Notes: generated by a model not told the origin, from the sequence alone. DNA of 64,000 nt from Bdellovibrionales bacterium (GCA_965203095.1 OZ241877.1:1632001-1696000), one strand, 5' to 3'; counted from the first letter of the stretch, positions 9,687 to 19,984 are shown. Program-made: numbers and translations.

Positions 9687-10325
9687 ATGGAAAAGCCCAA
9701 AAAAACAGCTGTCTTTTATTTTGACGCTCAGAATCTCTACAGGAGGGCAAAAAGTGTATTTGCTAATGTCCGGTATCCCAATTTTGATCCTGTAGCTTTA
9801 TCAAACTTAATCGCTCAAAAACATTCCCTGAAAATCAAAAAAATTAAATTTTATACAAGGATACCTCCCAAAAAAAGGAATCCTTACTGGAATAGATTTT
9901 GGAGTGCCAAACTGGCACTCCTTGGAAGAAATAAATCAGTAAAAATCTTTACAAGGAAAACTCAGTTTAGAGAAAAAACGATCATCATTGATGGCAAAAA
10001 ACACCAAATAAAGTTTGATGTAGAAAAAGGTATTGATACAAGGATCACCATTGATATTGTAAGGGATGTTTTAGATCAGGAGTCAGAGGTTATTGTGATA
10101 TTCAGCGAGGATCAAGATCTGTTTGAAGCCGTGACAGAAGCCAAAAAAATTGCAAAGACACAAGGGAAATATATATCTATTTTCTCGGCTTCACCTCCTT
10201 TTAAAAACAAAAGAGGCATTAGTGGTTCCCAATGGATCAAAATATCAGAGGCAGACTATAACCGGTGTATTGATACCAGGGATTACAGGCCCCCTTTTCC
10301 ACTACAAAAAAAGCCCTCGGAATAG
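9687..10325 (+). CDS. NYN (LabA/DUF88-like PIN-fold) domain nuclease
   Basis: YFDAQNL, EKGIDTRITID and FSEDQDL acidic PIN motifs; start placed at MEKPKK (9687). Confidence 0.85.
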   Translation: MEKPKKTAVFYFDAQNLYRRAKSVFANVRYPNFDPVALSNLIAQKHSLKIKKIKFYTRIPPKKRNPYWNRFWSAKLALLGRNKSVKIFTRKTQFREKTIIIDGKKHQIKFDVEKGIDTRITIDIVRDVLDQESEVIVIFSEDQDLFEAVTEAKKIAKTQGKYISIFSASPPFKNKRGISGSQWIKISEADYNRCIDTRDYRPPFPLQKKPSE

Positions 10326-10369
10326 AGAAGGGCAAAGTCCAGTTTTCTACTAATAGCAGGATGTCCGCT

Positions 10370-10534
10370 CAAATCCAGACAGTCCTTTCAGAAAAAATCA
10401 ATCCGAAAAAATCCCAGTCTTTAGCATAGAAAAACAGGCGGACTTTGTTTTTTCCCTTAAATAGCTCAAGGCTTTAACGCCCTGCTCTAATAAAAAGGTA
10501 TGACATTACAAGCATACCACAAACAAATTTTAAA
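10370..10534 (+). repeat. Duplicate of the upstream region and first codons of the type IIG R-M gene
   Basis: 10370-10403 matches 12545-12578 (34 nt, 1 mismatch). 10495-10534 is identical to 12772-12811 (40 nt, encodes MTLQAYHKQIL). Confidence 0.9.
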
Positions 10535-10548
10535 CAATTTTAATGTCT

Positions 10549-11517
10549 CTAATTTGTTTGTCTTTTTTGAGTCCCTTGATGGATTGCAATTTGAACCTGT
10601 TTGCCCCAAGATATGCCTTTTGTGTTCTCATACAACTTTACAAACGGACTGATCCTAAAAAAACCATTGATTAAAATATAAGCTTCCCACATTAAATCTT
10701 GAAGTATCTTATCAGCAGGTTTGATATTTAACCCCAGATTGGAGAGCTTTTTTATTGATAAAGGGCGAGTATGTATCAAGTGCTCATCATAGTTTGAAAA
10801 GTATTTAACAGCTTTTTGTATTTTTTTATCTGCATTCTTTTCTTTTTTAAACATATATTTTTTTAGCCAATCGGTGACCAGCTCCCTTGATAACTTTTCT
10901 GAATCTTCGCAAAGCTCTAACAGTTCTAAAGAATATTTTTCAATAAGAGGAATATAAGGGAGTAAAGCTTCTGATCCCTCTTTACTTAATTTTTCTTTTA
11001 TTTTTTCAAAACTTCTTTTAATAGCTCTGGCAGGTATGCCGTTAATCTGTGGGTCAATCGGCCCTAAAACCGCACAGGGGTGCATAATAATATTGTCGCC
11101 TGATAAAGCAAGCATTGTGGCGGCAGAATAAGCAGAATGGGGGATAAGAAAATTGACCTCTTCAAAATGATTGCGAAGAATTTCTACAAGTCTCTCAGTG
11201 GCGTCAGGTCGCCCTCCTGGACTGTGTAAAAGCACATCAATGGCTTTATCGTCTTTTACAGAATTAACTAAATCAACCCAGCCTTCCACATCTGGAAAAT
11301 CAATAAAATTAGGAATATTTGGTGGTGTTTCAAAAAAATTTGTTGCATACACTAACAAAGGATTTTTGCGATACTGCTCAATATCTTTATAGCAATCTTG
11401 ACGAAGTTTTTGGATGGTATTTGCATCAATCTCCCCACCATCAGACCTATTGAGGAAGTTATGCCAATCTTGAATTGTTTTAAATTTTATACGATTTTGT
11501 TGTTGGTGGGATTGCAT
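10549..11517 (-). CDS. SDH-family (ClpP/crotonase-fold) serine protease; start uncertain (ORF extends to 11586)
   Basis: LLHSPGG, AYSAATMLAL, LGPIDPQ and HTRPL motifs. Confidence 0.85.
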   Translation of the reverse strand: MQSHQQQNRIKFKTIQDWHNFLNRSDGGEIDANTIQKLRQDCYKDIEQYRKNPLLVYATNFFETPPNIPNFIDFPDVEGWVDLVNSVKDDKAIDVLLHSPGGRPDATERLVEILRNHFEEVNFLIPHSAYSAATMLALSGDNIIMHPCAVLGPIDPQINGIPARAIKRSFEKIKEKLSKEGSEALLPYIPLIEKYSLELLELCEDSEKLSRELVTDWLKKYMFKKEKNADKKIQKAVKYFSNYDEHLIHTRPLSIKKLSNLGLNIKPADKILQDLMWEAYILINGFFRISPFVKLYENTKGISWGKQVQIAIHQGTQKRQTN

Positions 11518-11713
11518 GGTGATTGATTTCACAATTTTGAGTTGAATTGGAGCTGTATTTATATACCTGTTTTCTACCCATAGCAATATCTATTTTTTCT
11601 GAAATACCAGAAATTTCTTTATATGTCCTGTAAAATTCCAAGGCTTTGGCATTTTCATCCAAGACTGTCTTTGGCATAATCTGCTCAGAGAGCATTTTTT
11701 TTTGGTTTGACAT
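11480..11713 (-). CDS. Small hypothetical protein overlapping the protease 5' end
   Basis: 77-aa ORF with an AT-rich promoter-like region immediately upstream; same strand as the protease. Confidence 0.55.
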   Translation of the reverse strand: MSNQKKMLSEQIMPKTVLDENAKALEFYRTYKEISGISEKIDIAMGRKQVYKYSSNSTQNCEINHHAIPPTTKSYKI

Positions 11714-11956
11714 AACTTTATTATTATCTATTTACTACAAAAAATCAAAAAAAAACTATAAAAATTCTAAAAAATTCCTAAAAGTGTCATGAATCTGGTT
11801 TAATTGGTTCATTAGCTGGGAATGTCAAGCTTTTTTTAAAGTGCTCAAATATTCATGAATAAGGGTTTTTAGGCAAATTTTGTAAAAACCTGTTTTTAGT
11901 AGGACAGAAGTTCAATCAGGGATATGGGCAAAAAAGAGATAGCTCAAAAAGGGCTT

Positions 11957-11983
11957 TAAGTTTCCCGGATAATCAGCCGATAA
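11957..11983 (+). promoter_or_regulatory. Sigma28 (FliA)-like promoter
   Basis: TAAG-N15-GCCGATAA versus consensus TAAA-N15-GCCGATAA. Confidence 0.5.
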
Positions 11984-12021
11984 AATAAGTGATAATAATC
12001 ATTCATTATCCTTTTGCACAG

Positions 12022-12056
12022 GCAAAAGCCCTTTAATCGGGGCTTTTTGCTTTTTT
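12022..12056 (+). terminator. Intrinsic terminator
   Basis: GCAAAAGCCC-loop-GGGCTTTTTGC followed by TTTTTT. Confidence 0.7.
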
Positions 12057-12112
12057 GTGATTCATTTTGAGACAAAGCCTTTAGTTTTCAAATAATCGTC
12101 CGATAAGAAGGT

Positions 12113-12437
12113 ATGAAAGCTTTGGCTTTAATCCTCTTACTGTTTCTCAATTCTCGCTCAAGCCAAAGGCTTAAGCAAAGCGGAGCTGATTAAGAAAATA
12201 AGAAAAGGGGAAAAAGACTTAGCAGGGGCGGACTTATTTTGGGCAAACTTGATTGAGGCGAACTTGACAGAGGCGAACTTGTCTGGGGCTAAATTGTTTA
12301 AGGCAGACTTTTCTGGGACGAACTTGTCTGGGGCGGACTTGACAAATGCAAAAATGAAAGGAGTAGACTTTACTTGGGCGGACTTGTCCATTGCTCTTAT
12401 AGACTCAAAACATCTTCAAAGTCTCAAACACAAATAG
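12113..12437 (+). pseudogene. Frameshifted secreted pentapeptide-repeat gene (paralog of 48360)
   Basis: ATG 12113 gives the signal peptide MKALALILLLF and then stops at codon 27. A one-base shift near 12146 restores ILAQAKGLSKAELIKKIRKGEKDLAGADL...IDSK, matching ELIKKIRQGKKNLARANL...IDSK of 48360. Confidence 0.75.
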
Positions 12438-12776
12438 AGATAGCAGTCGTGGCCTGTGCTCTGGGAGTTAGAGGGAATCTATTAGCCAATCAGAATTGGA
12501 CAAGTCCGATAAATAACGAATAAAAATTAAATTTTATACCTGATCAAATCCAGACAGTTCTTTCAGAAAAAATCAATCTAAAAACTACTCTCTTTTTTAG
12601 TTAGTTCAAACTGAAGTCAAAAAAGCTTCACAAGATGTCTATATTTTGACAGTTATTGGACATATTTTTTATAAAAAAATTATTATTTTCTATTAAAAAT
12701 CTTTTTAATAAAGAACTCCATAAAATGCTCTGGACCAAAGTTCTGTATGGAATAAATCTTGCTATGTCAATAAGGT

Positions 12777-15293
12777 ATGACATTACAAGCATACCACAAA
12801 CAAATTTTAAAACTTTCAAAAAAACCAGGGCATGAAACAGTCAAACACTTGCTTTGCAATATTTTAAAAGAAAAACTTGGTGCAACAGATGATGAAATAA
12901 CTTTAGAGGCGAATCTTTTAACTTGCAGAGGTCGAATTGATGCTCTATGGGGCCGAACTATTTTTGAAGTCAAAAGCGATCTCAACAGGGAATTGTCTTC
13001 TGCAAAATCTCAAATCAAAAAATATATTCAATCCAAAGAAGAGGAATCCAGAACAACAAGAGAAAAATATGTTGGAATTGCTACAGATGGACAAAAATAC
13101 AAGGCTTATTTTCTCCTTAACAATGAATTGAAGTCAATCAATGAGTTTGTTTTGAATAAAGATAAAGCCTCTGAATTTATCCAATGGTTAGAAAGTGTAA
13201 TTCTTATCAAAAAACAGCTGGAACCGACACCGGAAATTATCTGTAAGGAAATAGGTCAAGGTAGCCCACTTTGCATGAACGCACTGATAAGGATCAAGAG
13301 TCTTTGGGCACAAGCCCAACACCGGCCGGATATAAAATTGAAATATGATTTATGGAAAAAATCTGTTGATATTGTCTATGGAACAGAGGGTGCGGATGAA
13401 TCTCTTTTTGTTGAGCATACCTATTTGACAATTATTTCTAAAGCGATAGCTCATGTTGCTTTTTTCCATTCCTCTCCACCCTTAGGAAAAGCTCTCTTAA
13501 GTGGAAAATTGTTTAAGGAAGCCAGTATTGCTGGTATTATTGAGGATGATTTTTTTAGTTGGGTAGCCTTTTGTGGGGCAGGAAATGATTTGATAAGACA
13601 AATCGCTTTGCATGTTCACCGGTTTGACTTTTCTGTTGTTCAAGCGGATATTTTAAAAGGCTTGTATGAGGGGCTTATCCGGCAAGAGCAAAGGCACAAA
13701 ATGGGAGAATATTATACTCCCGATTGGTTGGCTGAAAAAATTTGCAAAAAAGCTATAAAAAAACCCCTCGAAAACAGAGTAATTGATCCAGCTTGTGGCT
13801 CCGGAACTTTCTTGTTTCATGCCATAAGGCTTTTAATTGCAGTAGCTGAAAACAAAAACATATCTGCTAAAGATACAATAAGCCTTATATGTGACAAAAT
13901 TGCAGGGATTGACATTCACCCTGTGGCGGTTATTTTTTCCAGAATCACTTATCTATTGGCCATGTTGAAAACAATAAAAAAGGGCCGTCCTGATAACATG
14001 AGCATTCCAGTTTATTTAGGGGATTCGCTTCAATGGAGCATAGATGAGGTTCTTGGAGAAAAGAGTTTGAGAATAACTGTTCCTGAAGATCAGCAGACGG
14101 GTGCACAAAAAAAACAGTTGATTTTTCCTGAATCTGTTTGTTTAAACAGGAGTCAGTTTAAAGAAGTTTTAGATAAGATGCGTGGATTGGCCGGAAAGCA
14201 TAAAGAACCAGAGATTTTTCAGTCATGGATTAAACAACAGTCAATTAAAAAGGCAGAAGCTCAAACTCTTTTCGAAACTTATAAAACATTGTTAAAACTT
14301 CAAAAAGAGAATAGAAATCATATTTGGGGCTATGTCGCAAGCAACTTGGCTCGTCCGATATGGCTTTCTTCTGAAAAGCAAAAAGCGGATATTGTTATCG
14401 GAAATCCGCCTTGGTTAAGATTTAACAGTATGAATAAAAAAATGCAGACAAGGTTAAAAGAAGAGTGTTTTTCTTTCAATTTGTGGAAGAGAAAAATAAA
14501 AAAGAGAGAAGGAAAATCAGAAGACAAATACAGACAGCGGAAGAGGAGAGAGGCCAAGTTTAGAACAAGTCAGGACATTTCCACCTATTTTTTTATTCGG
14601 TCTGTTGATTTGTATATGAGAGAAAAAGGATTGCTGGCTTTTGTTATGCCCTATGGTGTTATGAATGGAGAGCATCATTCTATTTTTAGAGAAGGATTTT
14701 TTGAAAGAGAAAGTGGAATCTCCATACATATTAAATTTGAAAGTGCATGGGTTTTTGACTCAGAAGTAAAAAACCTTTTTAAAGTTCCCTCATGTGTTTT
14801 GTTCTCTGTCAGAAAAGAAAACTCTGAAGAAAAACCATCACTTCCCAAAATTTTGTGTTTCAAAGGAGTTTTGCCTCAAAAAAATGCCAGCTTAAAACAA
14901 GCAGTCAAAACTTTATCTCAAGAGAAAAAGGAATGGCCTACTTTTAATGTTTATGATAGCCAACAATCTGATTATTATAATAAGTTCAAGCAAGGGGCCT
15001 CTTTAGTTCCAAGGAGATTTATCTTTGTTGAGAAGATCCAAAAAGGAAAGCTTGGGGGTTCTGCCAGTAAGCCTCTTGTCAAAGGGCTTACATCCAATCA
15101 GGATAAAGCCCCTTGGAAAGAGATTGAGCCTCCGGAAGGAAATATAGAATCCCCATTTTTAAAGCCAGTATATACTGGACAGTCTATCGCTCCCTTTAGA
15201 GTGCTTAAGAGAAATTTGGCTGTAATCCCTTACATTAATGAGGCGGGGGTGATGAGTGCCAAGGAGGCAGGACATCAAGGTTGGACTGATTTA
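12777..15293 (+). pseudogene. Fused restriction endonuclease / N6-adenine MTase (type IIG/Eco57I-like), 3'-truncated at an IS630 insertion
   Basis: N-terminal PD-(D/E)xK-like RIDALWGRTIFEVK; GEYYTP, DPACGSGTF, GNPPW. The frame runs into the IS end (stop 15332) and does not resume beyond the IS. Confidence 0.8.
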
Positions 15294-16428
15294 TACTGGT
15301 CTTGTTTGAATTTTCAGGTTTCGATGACATGAAAATTATCAGTAATAAGCATGGACAATTCAGCCCTGTATTTTCTAACACCTCTTAAAAACAGCATCAA
15401 CTCTTTACGAAAAGTTTTAAGATCTGAAAAATACACATTAGCCATTGTCTTCTTCTTTACAAATTTCCAAAACCTCTCAATAGGATTCAAATTAGGAGAA
15501 AATGGAGGCAAATACAGCAAAGTAATATCCAAACTTTTCGCTAAATCCCTCACCTGAAAGGCCCTGTTATATGGTGCATTGTCTAAAACCAAATACAACC
15601 TTTTATCCCTCATAGGCTGTCTCGCCCTCACAGCTCGCAATAACTCCTGCATTGAATTTTTATTAACCCTCTCACAGCTTCTACTGACAAAATCTAAACT
15701 ATTTATCTCTATCGCACCATTTATATTCACCCGCTCACGACCTGAATTAGTTTTAACCTTAAACTCCACCCCCTTCTTAATCCAACCCGATGATATTACA
15801 GGATTGAGCATAGGATGAGTTGAATCCGCAAAATACACTAAATCACCTCTCTTTTTTATCCTGCGATATCTTTGAATAAACACCTTCTGCTTCTCAATAT
15901 CAGCCTTCCCAGGCACACCCTTTGGCTTCTTATATGAAAAATCTAACTTGTGAAGTAAAGCCGTCATTCCATTCACAGTATAAACAACCCCAAATGTCTT
16001 TTGAACATATAAAACAACTGCCTTTGTTGTGGGATATACCTTTGACTCCAACTCCAAAACCAGTTTCTTCCGTTGTTCCTCAGATAAATACGACATGCGA
16101 CCTCTATGATCGTCATAAACCAACCTCGACAAACCTCCTTCTTCATAACGCCTTTTGCAGTTTCTGATAGTTCCTTCATCAAAAAATAAAAATCTCGCAA
16201 TATCGGTGACAGACTCTCCACTATCCAGCAACAAAATAACCCGGATACGATCCGCTCGCCTACGATTCCTTTCCAAACGAAGAAAAGTTAAAAGCTCTGC
16301 TTTTTGCTTGCCAGTTAAAAATGAGTTCATAGAAACATATTATAGAACATCCAAAAGATTTGGAAAACTCATAATGCCAAAAACTAAACCTTTATCAAAA
16401 AAACTTGATTTTTTAAATCAAACCAGTA
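15294..16428 (-). mobile_element. IS630-family insertion sequence
   Basis: Ends TA|TACTGGTCTTGTTTGAA ... TTTTAAATCAAACCAGTA|TA (imperfect TIRs, flanking TA); encloses a DDE transposase. Confidence 0.88.
15314..16330 (-). CDS. IS630-family transposase (single intact ORF)
   Basis: N-terminal HTH; YFADSTHP, LVLDNAPYN, LPPFSPNLNPIERFW. Confidence 0.95.
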   Translation of the reverse strand: MNSFLTGKQKAELLTFLRLERNRRRADRIRVILLLDSGESVTDIARFLFFDEGTIRNCKRRYEEGGLSRLVYDDHRGRMSYLSEEQRKKLVLELESKVYPTTKAVVLYVQKTFGVVYTVNGMTALLHKLDFSYKKPKGVPGKADIEKQKVFIQRYRRIKKRGDLVYFADSTHPMLNPVISSGWIKKGVEFKVKTNSGRERVNINGAIEINSLDFVSRSCERVNKNSMQELLRAVRARQPMRDKRLYLVLDNAPYNRAFQVRDLAKSLDITLLYLPPFSPNLNPIERFWKFVKKKTMANVYFSDLKTFRKELMLFLRGVRKYRAELSMLITDNFHVIET

Positions 16429-16544
16429 TATGTTTATTATAACAATGTTGAGAAAAAGTTTGTCTGAAAGCCCCTTGGGCTTTCAAGCTCCCTTGCAAAC
16501 GAGAATCTACATATCTTTCTTTGTGAGGAAGGACAGGGATTCCT

Positions 16545-16607
16545 GGATTCCCGCTTTCGCGGGAATGACGGAGTCCGCGGGAATGACGAGTTTTTCACGG
16601 GCAAATT
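16545..16607. repeat. dRS3/RPE-like short palindrome (ATTCCC-N8-GGGAAT) plus a partial second copy and a MITE right end
   Basis: GGATTCCCGCTTTCGCGGGAATGAC, then CGCGGGAATGAC, then TTTTTCACGGGC. Related copies at 46992, 48901 and 55489. Confidence 0.75.
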
Positions 16608-16685
16608 ATACTGATCACAGTTGAAGTTTCCGGTCACAATAGAATAGAGAAGGCAGGAATTTTCAAACAAAATCGGTATAAGTAG

Positions 16686-17870
16686 TTAGTAAGTGACGAT
16701 ATGGCTTGCAGATTCTTTTTGCCTGGGATCTTGAACAGGGATCAGAGGGTGACGGCTAAAAAAGTGAAATAAAGAGAGCAAAAAGATCCCTACAAAGCCG
16801 GCCAATAAGCCCAACTCCATCCATCCGAAACGGACATGCTCTGGATCCAGCTGAGGGTAGATCATCCAGTAAATGTCTGCATACTGAGTGATTAAAACCA
16901 AAGTGCATACAGGGATTAGTGCCCTATCATTCCTTTTTACATGGCGAGGGAGTAAGCAGATAAAGGGAAGAATAAATTTAAAGAAAATGAGGAATAAAGA
17001 CAAATAAACCCAAGGGGCTTTAGAGCGAATCCCATAATATATTGCCTCTTCCGGAAGATTGGCATACCAAATCAGCATATACTGGCTAAAGGCGATATAG
17101 GCCCAAAACACAGTGCAACCCAAAAGAAATTTCCCTAAATCGTGAAGGTGATTTTCGTTTACTAATTTTTTATCTAAAACTCCTGTCCTTCTAAAATAAA
17201 TGAGAAGCAAAATCAGCCCGGCAATAAAGGATTGAAAAAGCCCAGCAAAAACATAAACCCCAAAAACAGTGGAAAACCAATGCGGTTCCAAAGCCATTAA
17301 AGTATCAAAAGAGAAAAAGGAAAAGCTCAAAGCAAACAAAAGCAAAAAAGCTATAGAGAGGCGAAGGCTTTTGTGGCTGATGGCCTCCTCCCCTGTTTGA
17401 TCTTGCTTTAAGGAGAGACGGTTTAGTTTTTGAGAGAAGAAAATCCATATCCCAAAAAACAAAATCAGGCGAACAAAAAAGAAAGTTTTGTTCAAGTAAG
17501 CGGATTTGTGTTGTAAGAGAGGATCCATAGCCACAATCTCTTTGTTAAACCATGAGTAAAGAACATCCTCTGAGAGCAAAAGAGGCAAAGCCAACAGGAA
17601 AGCTAAGGGCAAGTAGGCAGAAAAACCCTCCATTACCCGGCGAATGTTCACACTCCATCCCGCTTTAGAGACATGCTGAATGGCTGTAAAAAATAGCCCG
17701 CCCAAACTGAGAAACAGGACAAAAAGAGAGCTTGCTAAAAAACTATGCCAAACTCTTTCTTTATCTAAAAGAAAACCTGCCCAAAAAGTAATGAAACCAA
17801 TAAAAATCAAAATGGAAAAAGCGGTTTTTAACCTGTCAGGGAAAACAAATTTTATAACTGGATTTTTCAT
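16686..17870 (-). CDS. actF: Alternative complex III membrane subunit ActF
   Basis: Multi-TM NrfD-like; WFSTVFG, HDLGK, AFSQYMLIWYANLPEE; last gene of the act cluster. Confidence 0.88.
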   Translation of the reverse strand: MKNPVIKFVFPDRLKTAFSILIFIGFITFWAGFLLDKERVWHSFLASSLFVLFLSLGGLFFTAIQHVSKAGWSVNIRRVMEGFSAYLPLAFLLALPLLLSEDVLYSWFNKEIVAMDPLLQHKSAYLNKTFFFVRLILFFGIWIFFSQKLNRLSLKQDQTGEEAISHKSLRLSIAFLLLFALSFSFFSFDTLMALEPHWFSTVFGVYVFAGLFQSFIAGLILLLIYFRRTGVLDKKLVNENHLHDLGKFLLGCTVFWAYIAFSQYMLIWYANLPEEAIYYGIRSKAPWVYLSLFLIFFKFILPFICLLPRHVKRNDRALIPVCTLVLITQYADIYWMIYPQLDPEHVRFGWMELGLLAGFVGIFLLSLFHFFSRHPLIPVQDPRQKESASHIVTY

Positions 17871-17963
17871 TTTATTCCTAAGTGCTTAAAACTCCCTTCC
17901 CTCCATGTTTTTAATAGAAATAGCAAATATAAATTATTTTGTCTATATCTTTCTCTATTTTTT

Positions 17964-19235
17964 TTATTCAAGGCTTATTCCTTTTTGGGACAGAGAATTG
18001 CTAAAAATCCTCTGGCAATTTTTCGGATTGCTCTCAGCAAGCTGAAATAGAGATTTTTTTACTAACTGAAACACAAACTCTTTAATAGTTTCTCTGTTTT
18101 TTAAAGAGCTTTTTTTTATGGAGTAAAACTTAAAAATTTTAGCAACAGTTTTATCTGACAATTGGGCAAAAAGCTTGGGTTCAAAACAAAATAGCCATTT
18201 TATAAGCCAGCTTTTATTTTTTTCTATCAGCTCCTTATGGCCTAAAGGTGATAAATTGCCATAAAGCCATAAATCTTTTGGCCGGAACAACTTTTTAAAA
18301 GCAAAAAGGTAAGCATATTTATATAAATCTTCTAAATGAACTACAATGCTATATGGATTCTTTTTTATGTGAAATCCGCGATTTCTTATCAAAGAGTTTA
18401 TATCCCTAAAGGCATGATAATAAACTCCAATGTTAGAACTTTGAATGTCTGTTTTCCGGGGTGGATATTTTCTAATAAAAGGATCCAGGCTGGCGTAATT
18501 TTTCAATTTAAAAATCCCATTATCGTTAAGAATGGAAAACTTAAAACTTTTTATATATTCATCTGTCATGCCTTTAGAGTTTTTTTCATACAGAGCTATG
18601 GTTATGGGAAAATGAGTTGAACTCACATTTTGAAACAATGCACTGGAAAATAACAAGCCTTTTTTTAATCTATAATTTTCAGAAAAAGGTTTGAGCCTTT
18701 TAAAATTAGCCGGTTTGATTAAATAAGATAAAGGATGAAGAACACAAACTACATCAGAGCATAATTTGTTGTAAGATTTTAAAAAAGATATGCCTAAGTC
18801 TCTATCAAATAGATCCTTGTCGCAAATATTTTCTCCCTTTTTTCCTTTTCTATAAGCTGAAGTCACATCATTATAAGGAGGATTGCCAATTTGTATTAGA
18901 AAATCAGATGGTGAAATGCCATATTTTTCCCGGCTCACATTCAATATCGAGTTTTCAATAAACAGATTTTTCTCAGGCAATTTGTTTTTTAAAAAAGCTC
19001 CGGCAACAGGATCAAATTCCACAGCTTTATAAATAGCTTTCTCTTCCCATCTTATGAAAGCCCCTCCGCCAGCAGAACTATCAAAAATAACAGCTTTCGG
19101 ATGATCTTTATAAGGTAAAATCAGTTTATGAACTTCATCCACAATTTTTTTTGGGGTATAAAAACTTCCTTGTTTGACTCGCTCAGAGTGCAATAAATGA
19201 CTGGATTCAAACTCGTTAAGCTGTGTCAAACTCAT
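17964..19235 (-). CDS. N6-adenine DNA methyltransferase (M.PabI-like partner)
   Basis: QGSFYTP, DSSAGGGAF (motif I), IGNPPY (motif IV); ATGA overlap with the upstream R gene. Confidence 0.88.
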   Translation of the reverse strand: MSLTQLNEFESSHLLHSERVKQGSFYTPKKIVDEVHKLILPYKDHPKAVIFDSSAGGGAFIRWEEKAIYKAVEFDPVAGAFLKNKLPEKNLFIENSILNVSREKYGISPSDFLIQIGNPPYNDVTSAYRKGKKGENICDKDLFDRDLGISFLKSYNKLCSDVVCVLHPLSYLIKPANFKRLKPFSENYRLKKGLLFSSALFQNVSSTHFPITIALYEKNSKGMTDEYIKSFKFSILNDNGIFKLKNYASLDPFIRKYPPRKTDIQSSNIGVYYHAFRDINSLIRNRGFHIKKNPYSIVVHLEDLYKYAYLFAFKKLFRPKDLWLYGNLSPLGHKELIEKNKSWLIKWLFCFEPKLFAQLSDKTVAKIFKFYSIKKSSLKNRETIKEFVFQLVKKSLFQLAESNPKNCQRIFSNSLSQKGISLE

Positions 19236-19984
19236 AGTTTTAATCCTCGTTTTAAAGCTTTAAGAATCTCTATAATATCATGTTGATGACCTTTAGATGC
19301 CATTGCAAGGGTTTTAAATAAATTCAAAATATTTTCAAAATTTCCTGTATTTATACAGTATTTAAAATGGATGGGCTTTTCTTTTGAAGTCCAGCCCAAA
19401 GCCTCCTTTCCATTAGAAAAACACACTATAGGGATGCAAAAATAAATCATAGGCTGAAATCCTGAAGCGTATTGCTGTTTTTGAACTATAATCTCTATAT
19501 AAGTTTTGTCCTCATTCTCAAAGTAGTATCCTGCCAACTCTGTAATAGTGGAATCAAAAATCAATTTATTAAAAACCACTTTGTCTTGTGGTTGGACTTT
19601 TGGAGTTCTACTCAAAAACTCATTATAGCCTTCTATCTCACTTTTTAGAGAATCTAAAACACCAGCTTTTAAAATATTCTCTTTAATAAGCAAATATAAA
19701 AACTCCGATAGCTCATAAGGATATTTTTCCTTTCCATTAGCCCCTTGAAATTTAAAAATGCTATGGCCCAAGCTTGTTGCTTTCTTGCGATTTTCTATAT
19801 CTCTCATATAAACATCATAGCCTATTTGCCACTCTAAGTAAATTTTTTCATCAAATTTTTTAGTTCCTGAAGCAAAGGAATTGCCAAATTGTTTTTTATG
19901 ACTCCTTTTTTTAAATCTAAATTTCCCTTGGTTTTTATTAGGAACTGAGATAAGCAATTGTTTGTTTATAATGTGAAAAGTCAT
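19232..19984 (-). CDS. R.PabI-family (HALFPIPE) restriction DNA glycosylase
   Basis: YLEWQIGYD, YELSEFL and KQQYASGFQPMIYFCIP match recalled R.PabI-family motifs; adjacent MTase; ATG 19984 overlaps the actE stop. Confidence 0.8.
   Translation of the reverse strand: MTFHIINKQLLISVPNKNQGKFRFKKRSHKKQFGNSFASGTKKFDEKIYLEWQIGYDVYMRDIENRKKATSLGHSIFKFQGANGKEKYPYELSEFLYLLIKENILKAGVLDSLKSEIEGYNEFLSRTPKVQPQDKVVFNKLIFDSTITELAGYYFENEDKTYIEIIVQKQQYASGFQPMIYFCIPIVCFSNGKEALGWTSKEKPIHFKYCINTGNFENILNLFKTLAMASKGHQHDIIEILKALKRGLKL

Noticed and set aside
11989..12010. Fur-box-like GATAATAATCATTCATTATC
   Set aside because: Spacing is off by one base, the background is AT-rich, and no iron gene is adjacent.
15165..15178. 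Perfect palindrome CCAGTATATACTGG resembling two abutted IS630 ends
   Set aside because: It lies in frame in the R-M gene (KPVYTG) and similarity stops after 6-7 nt each side; probably chance.
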